A DNA stretch of 64,000 nt from a virus. Lineage: Duplodnaviria; Heunggongvirae; Uroviricota; Caudoviricetes. The number at the start of each line of letters is the position of its first letter. The stretch's first letter is position 1. The stretch lies in the IMG/VR virus record IMGVR_UViG_3300047202_000060. One strand, written 5' to 3'. Position numbers and translations under genes: made by a program. The notes beneath the pieces are model-generated. The model had not been told where the DNA came from. It did not search any database and was given only the letters and a program-made list of their open reading frames with translations. Below, piece after piece: positions 1 to 10,114 of this stretch.

Positions 1-809
1 TTTCTTGACCTCTTGAATATTTCCTTCATTTTCTCTGTAGTTTCTTTTGGTGCTGGGCTAGTTTTAGCTAAGAAGTTAGATCGCCAAGCATTAAGAAAAA
101 CTACCATAGCTGGTTTAGGACGGCATTCGTCAGCGGCTTTCATAAGCAATTCAAAATTAGGTATAACACAATGCCCGCCAATTATATCTGGATAAAATAT
201 CGGACGGTCCCCCCTTACTTCATCTGTATCTCGAACAAAATCGATAGCATTAACAAAATCGATTTCCATTGCTCTAGCTATTCTTTCCATCTCTTGCCAG
301 ATTGCAATTTCCGCACCATAAACGCTGGTTTCAAACAATTTTCCTAATTCTGTCTCTTCTGCCGAACCCATAACTTTAGTTCGAAAACCAATTTTTTCTA
401 GGTGTTCCTTTGCTTCTATAGCCGCTCGTGGTGAAGTTGGACCGATATACTTAGTATATCGAGCTAAATCTTCATACATAGTAGCGTGTACTCCTCTAAT
501 TGGCGAATGAATAATACAATAGAAATCATCTAATGAAAGAGTTTGAAAAATTGTTTGAGTTGTTAAAGGCGGAACAGTTGAGTGGATTACTATCAATTTT
601 GGCTTATATTTTCGAATATAATCAATAACTACTTTACAAAAGTCATCAGAATATGGAATACAAATATGAAGGTATTGAATTGAGGATGGGGGAAGCGTTA
701 TAGATTTCTTGACATCGTAACCATAAACTTTAAAATATCCACTATCTTTTATATGGTCAAAAATAGGTTTTCCTGTTTCGCCAAGTCCAATAACTAATAC
801 TTTTTCCAT
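1..809 (-). CDS. UDP-glucose/GDP-mannose (nucleotide-sugar) dehydrogenase family protein; runs off the left edge of the window
   Basis: Not in the ORF track because it has no stop in the window. Manual translation from ATG 809: MEKVLVIGLGETG (Rossmann GxGxxG), VIHSTVPP, LGKLFET, catalytic IIGGHCVIPN. Confidence 0.8.
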   Translation of the reverse strand, partial: MEKVLVIGLGETGKPIFDHIKDSGYFKVYGYDVKKSITLPPSSIQYLHICIPYSDDFCKVVIDYIRKYKPKLIVIHSTVPPLTTQTIFQTLSLDDFYCIIHSPIRGVHATMYEDLARYTKYIGPTSPRAAIEAKEHLEKIGFRTKVMGSAEETELGKLFETSVYGAEIAIWQEMERIARAMEIDFVNAIDFVRDTDEVRGDRPIFYPDIIGGHCVIPNFELLMKAADECRPKPAMVVFLNAWRSNFLAKTSPAPKETTEKMKEIFKRSR

Positions 810-837
810 ATTCTCACCATAATAAATGCGATTTTCC

Positions 838-853
838 TATTTAAAGGTTACGG
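838..853 (-). promoter_or_regulatory. Archaeal BRE-TATA promoter for the nucleotide-sugar dehydrogenase
   Basis: Minus strand reads CCGTAACCTTTAAATA, about 30 nt upstream of ATG 809; the same motif recurs before many genes. Confidence 0.7.
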
Positions 854-3136
854 TTCAAAGCATTCATGCATATAATCCTGTATTGTTTTACATCCAACTA
901 CTTTTATCGTATAATCAGACGGATTGATGTTTTTCTCGAAGTTTCTCTGAGGAATACAAACCTTTTTGAACCCCATTCTTTGAGCCGCCAAAATTTTCTC
1001 ATGTGCACCACCTATAGGTGTAATTACGATTCCAGATTCACCAGTTTTTACTTCACCGTTAGCTATGTTAATTTCTCCTGTAACAGCTACATCTTGTCGT
1101 ATCTTCTTTTGAAGCAACACCGAAGCCAAAGCTAAAGTCATTGTTATTCCAGCACTTGGACCTTCAACACCATGGTCCTGTGCAAAATCAACATGAGTAT
1201 AACAATCCTGTTCAACATCTACACCATATAATTGAAGCATAACATGTCGAATCTTTGCTATAGAGTGCTGAATGTATGATGAATCTTTGGTTGCAACACC
1301 TGTAACTGTAAAATAGCCAATTTTCTTCGGGGTTTCTTTTTGCAAGCAAGATGCTCGAACTGTTAGAACCGAACCTACCATGTCACTTCCTTCTGCATTA
1401 ATTGTACTTACTGCCAAACCGTGAATTTGCCCTATTTTTGACTCTTCATTCGGGTCAATTAACACACTATACACGGTTTGATTTTCAATATGTTTCTCCA
1501 TCACTTGTAGAGCGATTGATTTACAATGTTCACATAAGGCTTCGTTAATATGCTTTCTCTCAACTACCATTAATCCCTCATTTTGAGCTAGAATACTTGC
1601 AGTTTTAATTGTCCCAATCATAGGTCTAAACTTACATGTCAATTTGTCATTTTTTCCGCTTCGTCTAACTGCTTCTTCAATCACCGCTATGCAAGCATCT
1701 CGACTAAAAGGCAAAAGATGAAATCGCTTAATTTCCTGAGACATAAACTGTACATATTTTCGGCGATTCTCTACTGTATTAGGCATATCATTTGCCATAT
1801 AAACCATTTTGCCATAACCATGAATACGATCTAATAATGCATAATGAATCATTGGTAAACTGTCTAAGTTTCCAGCGGCTATTAGAAAATTCATACATGG
1901 AATTGGTTCAGTTGCTACAGCCATTGCCGCCGTATCTCCACCGTTTGCTGAACCTCTCATAGCAACTGGTAGTTGACCATCTTCAAGAACAGTTAGTAAA
2001 GTTATAGCTTCGTCACCAGTTAGGTTTTTGATTTCGTCTATATAAAGAATTCCTAAGTGTGCTCTGTGAACATCACCAGCGGTTACTCTCTGATGTTCAG
2101 GGGTTCCTAAATCACCTGTCTGGTATGGGTCCCAAGCTATTGAGCCGAAGAGTTGAGCACTTTTATGTCCTGTAGCATCTATAAATGGAGCAAACCCACT
2201 TGAGTTGTCAATCAATAATTTAGGTGCTTGTGTAGCTTCTGCCCCGCCTACACCTTTCTTGTTTCCACCTGTTCCACCAAACATACGAGCAAAAAAGTAA
2301 AGCATTCCACCCATTATAAGAGCCATTATCCCAGCCATTATGATGGAAATATTACCCATAATGCATCCTTGAATTACATAGTTAAAGAAATTACCTTCAT
2401 AAAGGGTTTGAACTGGTATTTGATAAAGTCCCCATGGTATATTGTTTATCCAATCAAATATAGATGAAATTCCTAAATAACCTAAAATCAATCCACCAAA
2501 TCCAATCGCTAATCCAACTATAGCTTTAAGTCCCCACTTTAGCCATCTGCCTTTTTTAGCTTCGATTTTAGCGGCTTTCTTAATTATCTTTGTTCCTTCT
2601 GGTGATGGATGAATTGAAATTCTAGGTTGAGAAGGTATTTGTTTATTATACCATGAACAAACATCATAGAGTTTTATTCCCTTCTTGTTATAAAGTTCAG
2701 TCATATAACTTTGCATTGCCCGTCCTAGAAGACTTTTTCCAGTTCCAGCATCCCCTAACATAAGTAAGAAAGGTCCAGCAGGCAACATCTCTTTTGGCGT
2801 AGGCTTTGGATTGAAGATAAGTTCCTTCTTGCCATAATTGAAGAGATGAACTCTATGTTTTCCGATTTTTATGGCACACTCTCTCTTAGGCTTTTCAATA
2901 ATCTCAAATGGTTTCCACCATTTCTTTTCATTCAACCATCCAAGTTTGTTTACCCATTCATCAATACAAAGTTTACATTCTTCTATTGCGTGTTCTTGTC
3001 CAATAATCCAATCTATAAGGTCTGGTGAAACTGGATAATTTACAGTTGATTGAAAGTGTTCCCAATCCCATTTCTCGTCTGATTTTCCGAAAAATTCCTT
3101 CAGCTTATCTATCACCTTCTTAGGCATGGAATACAC
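848..3136 (-). CDS. lonB: Archaeal LonB-type membrane-anchored ATP-dependent protease
   Basis: Walker A GDAGTGKS, two hydrophobic segments inserted in the AAA+ domain, Walker B YIDEI, Ser-Lys dyad (GPSAG ... IGGAHEK). Real start is probably the ATG of MPKK. Confidence 0.9.
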   Translation of the reverse strand: MYSMPKKVIDKLKEFFGKSDEKWDWEHFQSTVNYPVSPDLIDWIIGQEHAIEECKLCIDEWVNKLGWLNEKKWWKPFEIIEKPKRECAIKIGKHRVHLFNYGKKELIFNPKPTPKEMLPAGPFLLMLGDAGTGKSLLGRAMQSYMTELYNKKGIKLYDVCSWYNKQIPSQPRISIHPSPEGTKIIKKAAKIEAKKGRWLKWGLKAIVGLAIGFGGLILGYLGISSIFDWINNIPWGLYQIPVQTLYEGNFFNYVIQGCIMGNISIIMAGIMALIMGGMLYFFARMFGGTGGNKKGVGGAEATQAPKLLIDNSSGFAPFIDATGHKSAQLFGSIAWDPYQTGDLGTPEHQRVTAGDVHRAHLGILYIDEIKNLTGDEAITLLTVLEDGQLPVAMRGSANGGDTAAMAVATEPIPCMNFLIAAGNLDSLPMIHYALLDRIHGYGKMVYMANDMPNTVENRRKYVQFMSQEIKRFHLLPFSRDACIAVIEEAVRRSGKNDKLTCKFRPMIGTIKTASILAQNEGLMVVERKHINEALCEHCKSIALQVMEKHIENQTVYSVLIDPNEESKIGQIHGLAVSTINAEGSDMVGSVLTVRASCLQKETPKKIGYFTVTGVATKDSSYIQHSIAKIRHVMLQLYGVDVEQDCYTHVDFAQDHGVEGPSAGITMTLALASVLLQKKIRQDVAVTGEINIANGEVKTGESGIVITPIGGAHEKILAAQRMGFKKVCIPQRNFEKNINPSDYTIKVVGCKTIQDYMHECFEP

Positions 3137-3160
3137 CTAAAGAAATAGTGTCTATTTAAG

Positions 3161-3176
3161 TATTTAAAGGTTATGG
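3161..3176 (-). promoter_or_regulatory. BRE-TATA promoter for lonB
   Basis: Minus strand reads CCATAACCTTTAAATA; identical copies at 13772-13787, 36540-36555 (+) and 41325-41340. Confidence 0.75.
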
Positions 3177-5201
3177 TTATTCGTAATGTTGTCCTGTTAT
3201 ACCATACCTTTCTTTTCCATATATATCAAATCCAGTTGTCCGTATTACCCCGCCATTAAGCAATTTTGTAAATTCTTTTCTGAAAATTTGTTCGGGGCAT
3301 TTTATATAATTTATAAGTTCATCTTCACTCATAGACTTCATTTGTAAAGCATTCATTATATCTCCTTTAGCTCTGTCAGATGGATTTTTCCCGTCTTCCC
3401 CGCATTGAGCATCCCCTTCAAGTGTTTTACAAACAAAAACATCAAACAATCTTTTTACGATCTCAACATCCGATTTATCTGCTACAGATTTCGAAAGTGC
3501 TCTTGCATGAGCAAGTGTTAATCGTTTCAAAGCCTCAAATTGCCTAAATGTAGTTTCTTTGTTCATTGGATTCTTTCGCGTTTCAACAAAGTATATCTTT
3601 AACATATTTGCGGCTTCACTTGAAAGTTCTGGTTTGATTCTTTTAGAATAGGCAATATATTTACGCAAAAGATTTCTATCAATTGGAGACTTGATCTGTT
3701 TATAATCTATAATATGAGTAACAACTTTCATGTCCATCTCTTCATTTGGTTCATCAAGAATTTTGAACATAAGATCGAATCTACTGAAAAGACTTTCAGG
3801 AAACTTGGAACCAAGATTTTGTCGAAGAGATTTTTCTCTATCATATTTTCCGAAGATGGAATTTGCCGCCGCTATTAAAGCCATTCTGGATTTCATTTGA
3901 ACGTGATAACCAGCTTTGTCAATAGTAACTATTTGTTGTTCCATAGGAACATGAATATTTGCTCTATCCTCATCACGCATTTTTTCAAACTCATCTATAG
4001 CGGCTATTCCCCCATCTGCCAACACTAGAACACCAGCAGAAATTTCCCATTCGCCAGTATCAGGATTTTTATTCATAGCGGCAGTTAATCCGACACCGCT
4101 TGCACCACGCCCAACAGCATACATTCCTATAGGAGATAATTCTACAGCCGCCCGAAGTAATTGACTTTTTGCGGTGGCTGGGTCTCCGACCATAAGAATA
4201 TGAATATTTCCACGAATAGTAATATCCTCTCTAATCTCTTCGGGTGCGCCAAAAATAGCTAACAACACAGCTTCCTTTTCGTTCTCGTGACCATAAAGTG
4301 AAGGAGCAAGAGAATTAATCATTTTTATATAGAAGTCTGGGTCTTTTATCAATTCTTTAAACGCAAGTTCTTCCTCTATTGTGAAAGTCATAAATTCTGG
4401 GTCCTTACGTCTTTTATTAATATCAATAACTTCCAAATAGATTACATTGAATTTTGATTTTCCAGCCCCAAATTTTTGTGCCCTTGTCATAACGTTTACA
4501 ACACATAAAATCTCAACATCATCTCCACAATTTACAAAGTTTAAAAGATAATTCTTGAACGTGATACAACGCATAGGTCTTGGAATCTTACTAGAATTTA
4601 TATCTTCATAGCTTTCTTGAATTGTAAATTCTTGACTATCTTCTAGTTTACTTAATTGGGGGCACGGTTCCCATTGAGTCCTTTCGCCACAACCACCGAG
4701 ATTCTTATCACACATAGGGAGAGGCTTAATTAATATCCATGGATTTTCCTGAATAATTGATTGGGATTCTGCACCACATAATACACACTTAAAAATTGCT
4801 TCTACATACATTGGATTAATAGGTGCAGTTTTATTTACAAGACCATGAACTTTAATAATTCTTCCATTGTTCTCTGCACCAATTTCATGAATTAAAGTTA
4901 ATGGAAAAGTCCCTGTTATACTTATATGAGATTTGTCAATAGTTTTTGAGCCAACAGTCGTATTTACAACTTCACTAATTACAGCATCTTCAAGAGCCGC
5001 CATACCATATTTTAATGCGGTTTCAATCAATTCGTCAGCCGTTGCTTTCTGAAATATAGCTAACTCATCAATATTTACAATAATCGAATCGGTTTTTCCG
5101 TTAATATAATCATCTATATACTTCTTTCCTATAGGGTCTTTAAGAAAAAGAGCTATTGCACCAACCAAATTATTTTTCCCTAATGTATAAGATGGCATCA
5201 C
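3177..5201 (-). CDS. mcm: MCM replicative helicase
   Basis: Zn finger CVLC...CDKNLGGC, Walker A GDPATAKSQ, Walker B IDEFEKM, AAAN, SRFD arginine finger; no intein. Confidence 0.95.
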   Translation of the reverse strand: MMPSYTLGKNNLVGAIALFLKDPIGKKYIDDYINGKTDSIIVNIDELAIFQKATADELIETALKYGMAALEDAVISEVVNTTVGSKTIDKSHISITGTFPLTLIHEIGAENNGRIIKVHGLVNKTAPINPMYVEAIFKCVLCGAESQSIIQENPWILIKPLPMCDKNLGGCGERTQWEPCPQLSKLEDSQEFTIQESYEDINSSKIPRPMRCITFKNYLLNFVNCGDDVEILCVVNVMTRAQKFGAGKSKFNVIYLEVIDINKRRKDPEFMTFTIEEELAFKELIKDPDFYIKMINSLAPSLYGHENEKEAVLLAIFGAPEEIREDITIRGNIHILMVGDPATAKSQLLRAAVELSPIGMYAVGRGASGVGLTAAMNKNPDTGEWEISAGVLVLADGGIAAIDEFEKMRDEDRANIHVPMEQQIVTIDKAGYHVQMKSRMALIAAANSIFGKYDREKSLRQNLGSKFPESLFSRFDLMFKILDEPNEEMDMKVVTHIIDYKQIKSPIDRNLLRKYIAYSKRIKPELSSEAANMLKIYFVETRKNPMNKETTFRQFEALKRLTLAHARALSKSVADKSDVEIVKRLFDVFVCKTLEGDAQCGEDGKNPSDRAKGDIMNALQMKSMSEDELINYIKCPEQIFRKEFTKLLNGGVIRTTGFDIYGKERYGITGQHYE

Positions 5202-5254
5202 TAATCACTTATAGAGAATATTGTCTTGCTTCCTAATAAACATTATGGTCCTAG

Positions 5255-5270
5255 TTAATCAGTTGATTAA
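5255..5270. promoter_or_regulatory. 16-bp palindromic operator TTAATCA-NN-TGATTAA, copy 1 (upstream of the mcm promoter)
   Basis: ttaatcagttgattaa; six copies in the window, all at promoters or gene starts. Confidence 0.7.
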
Positions 5271-5280
5271 AAATCCTAAA

Positions 5281-8200
5281 TTAATCGTCCAGTTCGTTAA
5301 GTAAACGCATTAGTTCTATCAATTCTTTTCGTCTATCTTCTTTATTCTTTCTTGTTTTAAGTTTTACAACTGGAAATGAATAGAGCATATCCGAAGAAAG
5401 AAGTTTCAACGATTCAGAAATATAGATATTTTCTGTTTCTTTAACAATATTTAAAGGTTGAACACTAAGTATTTTTGTAGCTGGATTGGAAAAGATTTGT
5501 AATTCGCTTAAAGCTGATTTAATTTCGTCATTTTTAGAAACTTGCAATTCGATTACATAAAATAATGATGAATAGTTCTTTACTATTTTTAAGTCTGACA
5601 AAGAAAAACTATGAGATTTCTTTTTTTGGCTTTTCAATTGAAGAACAAAAAACCAATATTTTATTTTAGGAGATAATTCTTTCAATTCTTTAATTTGGAA
5701 ACTTTGTCTATGACGTAAAGAAACTACTTCGAGAGGGCTAACACGTATAACATAATTATGATCTATATATTCTACTCTAATTTTAGGAATATCTAATTCT
5801 TCTGGATGACCGCCACCAAGACCTACAATTGCCGCAGTAAGTAGAACATCAAGCAAATAAGTAATTTGCTTAGTAGGTAGTTGTTTGTAAAAAACAACAT
5901 CTATACTATAGTTAGCAATGATTACGGCAGAGAATATAACATCAATTACATAGGATGCTGGAATGTTTAGTTGCTTCAAAATCATATCTATGCTATAATC
6001 AGTTGTTAATATTATTTGCCTCAATAAAGTATCGATTGAATATGGTTTAGTTAAACCGAGTCTTTTCTCTAACACGTCAATTGAATAGACTACGGGGACA
6101 CTTTCTTTCTTAATTATAGTATCAATGATAATCGATAGAGGAATTCCAAGTCTCTTGAAAAGAACGTCTATAAGAGAAGATTTTGAAATATCCAATTTCT
6201 TTAACAAAACATCAATATTGTAAAGAAGTTCTTTCTTTCCTATGATAATTACATCGATTGAATATGGTTTAGTTGTACTTGTTATAAAGATAACATCAAG
6301 TGGGTAAGTCCTTATTTCCGTTTTGAGAATTTTGGTATCAACTATATAGAATTTTTCTATACCAATTCTCTTGAGGATAGTATCTAAATCATATGATTCT
6401 GAATTAATGATTAAAAATTTGGCATCTACATTGTAATCCTTTGTTATCCCCAATTCTTTAAAGACAACATCTATTTGTTCTGGTGTGATTATTCCAAGTC
6501 TCTTGAAAAGAACGTCTATTAATTCTGTTTTTGTTATTCCCTGTTTCTGCATCATAACATCTACATAGTAACCAATTAATATTCCCAGATTTGTGAACAT
6601 AACATCTAATGAATAATCTATAGTTATATCTAATTTCTTGAGCAGAGTATCTATCGAATAATCTATAGTAATTCCTCTTCGTTGAAGAATTACTTCAATA
6701 TCATAAGTTAATGGAATATCTAATTTTTCGAACAAAACATCAATTGAAGAATCTTTTGTGATTCCTAATTTTTGAAGAATTGTATCTATTGAATCGGTTC
6801 TTGTAAGCCCCAATCTCTTGAGCAATACATCTGTATTATAGGTTTCTATTACGGGTTTCTGGAAACCAACATCTATATCATACGGTACAATAATTCCTAA
6901 TTTCTTTAATATGACATCAATGCTGGTATCTTTAGTTATTCCAAGTTGTGCAATCAAAGTATCAACAATATAATCTTTCGTAATACCTAATTTTTTGAAT
7001 AGAAGGTCGAGTAGATAAGTGCTTATAATTTCCTCTCTTTTGAAAAGAACGTCCAAATCATATGGAATTTCTATGTCTAGTTTTTTGAGTATTAGGTCTG
7101 CTAAATAGAGTTTGGGTATGCCTAACTCTTTAGTCAAAACGTCAATATCATATGCTAGTGTTATATTGAGTTTCTTAAAGAGCACATCTATTGAGTTGGT
7201 TAGAATTATGTCCAATTTCTTAAATAGAACATCTATTGAATCAGTCTTAGTAATATTTAGTTTTTTAAAGAGAATGTCTATCTGTTCTGTAATAGGTATC
7301 CCTAGTTTCTTCAACAAAACATCAATTGAATCGCTTAGAATTATATTTAATTTCTTAAGAAGGACATCTATTGATTCGGTCTTGGTAATTCCCAGTATCT
7401 TGAATAAAACATCCATTGAAGCTGTTTTCGTTATATTTAGTTTTTTCTCTAATACGTCAATCGAATACGTTATGGTTTTCGTTACTAATGTTACTGTCCT
7501 ATAGATAAATTGTACTGTATAATATGACGGCTCTACACCAGTTGCATTATTAATTGTATGTTGATGAGCACCTTGACTATCAGTTGTATGAGTATGAGAC
7601 CAAGCATCATTAGTAAAATCGTGAGTGTGATTGCCAGCACTATTATCTGGACCAGCAGTATTAACAAGACTATTAGCATCGAAATAATTGGAAGAACCAT
7701 GAGTGTGTGCTCCTATACTGTTCGTACTAGCATGTTGATGAGCAGTAGAGAAAGCATCTTGACTATGCGTATGTCCACCTGAACTACCATCTGTATGTCC
7801 ATGAGTTGTTGCCCCACCTGTACCGCCAGCTTCTACGCCAGCATCAGCACCACGAATATATTTGCTCCTCAAATCTGGTCTTGGAGAACTACCATCACAT
7901 AAATCATATTGAGATGGAATATCTTCAAGTAACCCGACCCAGATTAATATGCCGCCTTGAGGAATGTCAGATGCGGAAGTGTTATAGATGAATAGAATAT
8001 CGTAATAAGGTGGTTTATTATCAACACTACCATTTCCAGTAGTATGTGTATGTCCACCATCAGACGCAAGAGTATGAGTATGTGCACCAATAGAGTTAGT
8101 AGTAGCATGTTGATGGGTAAAATTGTTGGCAGTAGCACGTTGCACACCACCTATGTTATCAGAATTGCATGGTGAACTACCATGACTATGACTTGTACTG

Positions 8201-8952
8201 TCACTATTAAATGTGTGTGTATGAGCACCTTGACTATCTGATGTGGCATGAGTGTGAGCACCTTGAGAATCTGTTGTATGGGTATGGGTTAATGCACCAC
8301 CAGTAGCCCCGCCGCCAGAACCATTTGGTGCTCCTCTAATGAAACTACTTCTAAGGTCTGGTCGTCCACTACCACCATCACATAAATTCCAGCCAGAAGG
8401 AATATTGGCTATCAATCCAGACCAAATAATTACTATACCAGCAACTACAGCCGCCGATGATGATGCTTGAATAAATAAGATTTCGTAGTAAGGTGGTCTA
8501 TTATCAGAAGCAATTACTGAATGAGCGTGATTAATCCATCCAGCATTAGGAGAACCAGAAGTATGAGTATGTGCTCCGCCAGTATTTACAGTATGAGTAT
8601 GTGCTCCCGCATCTGTAATTGGAACCGCAATGTTAAAAGTAGTACCTACCTTCTGTCCATATTTCCTAAAAGCCGCACCATGATTGTGACTTCCAGCAGA
8701 AGAAGTTGTATGCGTATGTCCACCTGTACTTGCTAAAGCATGAGTATGTGTTGCCCCAGCCTGTTCTTCTGTATGTGTATGGGTATTAGAACCACCTGTA
8801 TCACCAGCCTCAGTAGATGCCGCCGCACCTTTAACAAACTTCTCTCTTAAATCAGGTGTAGAATTTGTGCCATCACAAAGATACCATCCACTAGGAATAC
8901 TACCAATTGTTCCAGCCCATATTGCAATACTGCCTGTTGGAGCGTTCGCCAT
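5281..8952 (-). CDS. Tail fibre-like virion protein: three tail-collar-like units with His-x-His repeats, then about 35 15-residue repeats
   Basis: Three IxIWxG..IPSGWxLCDG...PDLRxxFxxGA units, many HTH/HQH/HAH motifs, then repeats of consensus ITKTYSIDVLLKKLG. Confidence 0.75.
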   Translation of the reverse strand: MANAPTGSIAIWAGTIGSIPSGWYLCDGTNSTPDLREKFVKGAAASTEAGDTGGSNTHTHTEEQAGATHTHALASTGGHTHTTSSAGSHNHGAAFRKYGQKVGTTFNIAVPITDAGAHTHTVNTGGAHTHTSGSPNAGWINHAHSVIASDNRPPYYEILFIQASSSAAVVAGIVIIWSGLIANIPSGWNLCDGGSGRPDLRSSFIRGAPNGSGGGATGGALTHTHTTDSQGAHTHATSDSQGAHTHTFNSDSTSHSHGSSPCNSDNIGGVQRATANNFTHQHATTNSIGAHTHTLASDGGHTHTTGNGSVDNKPPYYDILFIYNTSASDIPQGGILIWVGLLEDIPSQYDLCDGSSPRPDLRSKYIRGADAGVEAGGTGGATTHGHTDGSSGGHTHSQDAFSTAHQHASTNSIGAHTHGSSNYFDANSLVNTAGPDNSAGNHTHDFTNDAWSHTHTTDSQGAHQHTINNATGVEPSYYTVQFIYRTVTLVTKTITYSIDVLEKKLNITKTASMDVLFKILGITKTESIDVLLKKLNIILSDSIDVLLKKLGIPITEQIDILFKKLNITKTDSIDVLFKKLDIILTNSIDVLFKKLNITLAYDIDVLTKELGIPKLYLADLILKKLDIEIPYDLDVLFKREEIISTYLLDLLFKKLGITKDYIVDTLIAQLGITKDTSIDVILKKLGIIVPYDIDVGFQKPVIETYNTDVLLKRLGLTRTDSIDTILQKLGITKDSSIDVLFEKLDIPLTYDIEVILQRRGITIDYSIDTLLKKLDITIDYSLDVMFTNLGILIGYYVDVMMQKQGITKTELIDVLFKRLGIITPEQIDVVFKELGITKDYNVDAKFLIINSESYDLDTILKRIGIEKFYIVDTKILKTEIRTYPLDVIFITSTTKPYSIDVIIIGKKELLYNIDVLLKKLDISKSSLIDVLFKRLGIPLSIIIDTIIKKESVPVVYSIDVLEKRLGLTKPYSIDTLLRQIILTTDYSIDMILKQLNIPASYVIDVIFSAVIIANYSIDVVFYKQLPTKQITYLLDVLLTAAIVGLGGGHPEELDIPKIRVEYIDHNYVIRVSPLEVVSLRHRQSFQIKELKELSPKIKYWFFVLQLKSQKKKSHSFSLSDLKIVKNYSSLFYVIELQVSKNDEIKSALSELQIFSNPATKILSVQPLNIVKETENIYISESLKLLSSDMLYSFPVVKLKTRKNKEDRRKELIELMRLLNELDD

Positions 8953-9027
8953 TTTAGACTATCCTCTGATTTAATTCTTGATAACAAGATATTAGTCCTA
9001 GTATTTAAAAGTTTCTATTGGATTTAA

Positions 9028-9264
9028 CTAAAGTTGTTTTACAGTTATTTTCATTCGTTTTTCAAGGTCAAACATCTTGCATAGCCGACCAAAGATAATT
9101 GGGTCATTTCCACAAGTTGTTTCTATATATGTTCCAGTAGAGAGAGAAATCTTAAGTGCTATTCCTTCTGAATTCTTTATTTTGGTTATAGCTACAATTG
9201 TTCCTTCAAATTCAATAGGTTGGTCAGGAAAATTCTCAATTGAAACTGATTTTTTTGGTTTCAC
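9028..9264 (-). CDS. Hypothetical protein
   Basis: Co-directional ORF that fills the gap in the operon. Confidence 0.45.
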   Translation of the reverse strand: MKPKKSVSIENFPDQPIEFEGTIVAITKIKNSEGIALKISLSTGTYIETTCGNDPIIFGRLCKMFDLEKRMKITVKQL

Positions 9265-9275
9265 GACTTCACCCC

Positions 9276-10007
9276 CTACTTATAATTGAAGTTTTCATTA
9301 AGTTCGAAAGTACCATCTTCACTAATGAACATTATTTGTTTATGATTTTCTCCCTCAATTGTAGTCTGGTATCCAAAAAGATAAGTTGCCCCTCTTAAAG
9401 AACTTTCAAGATACTTGATATATCTCGGATACTCTTTTTTACATTTTTGACATTTAAAAATATGCCCATCCCCTTCTTTTGCCCCCTTCATTTCGCTTAT
9501 TAGTGTATCTTTACATTCAGGACAAACTACAGAATTAAACGAACCACACTTTGGGCATTGAGCACAGGGATATTTTTTGCCTTGCCATTCTTGCATAACA
9601 TAGTTTGGATGAGTTAACAGATCAACCTCTGTCTTTTCTCCATCTTTATGAGTTGGCATCCATTGCCATTCATAACCGCATTTATCGCAATGTTGATAAC
9701 TAAATGTATGAATAGCACATCTACGAACGTAGATAGGACGTTGGTTTACTTGAAATTTCATTATAAAATATGGTAAATTCTCTACATCTCTTGCTATAGT
9801 TTTCCCAGCAAAAAGATTTACTTTTAAAGCAAATGATGCATTAAATGGGAATAATCCAAATTTATCTAATTTAGTCTGATCTATATCTTTGAAAGAATTT
9901 TCCTTTCCTGTTTTAATATCAAATTTTGGAAGACAAGTTCCATCATTATAGAATGCAATCCACCAGAAAACAAGTGGATAGAAATCTTCATATGCCATAG
10001 TAATCAC
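9276..10007 (-). CDS. Hypothetical protein with multi-CxxC Zn-ribbon insert
   Basis: CDKC, CPKC, CPEC and CQKC motifs; own TATA box at about 10030. Confidence 0.6.
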   Translation of the reverse strand: MITMAYEDFYPLVFWWIAFYNDGTCLPKFDIKTGKENSFKDIDQTKLDKFGLFPFNASFALKVNLFAGKTIARDVENLPYFIMKFQVNQRPIYVRRCAIHTFSYQHCDKCGYEWQWMPTHKDGEKTEVDLLTHPNYVMQEWQGKKYPCAQCPKCGSFNSVVCPECKDTLISEMKGAKEGDGHIFKCQKCKKEYPRYIKYLESSLRGATYLFGYQTTIEGENHKQIMFISEDGTFELNENFNYK

Positions 10008-10114
10008 TAAGTAATAATAGTATTTCTTCTATATAAACGTTATGGTACGAAAAAATAAGTGATGCACATGTGATTGTGACTTATCTAGGGATATGGTATT
10101 ATCCTAACAGGTTC

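Noticed and set aside
5850-7480. 45-nt periodic repeats as a possible CRISPR array
   Set aside because: They are degenerate, in frame within a coding sequence and lack unique spacers. No CRISPR array was found in the window; the Cas4-like gene stands alone.
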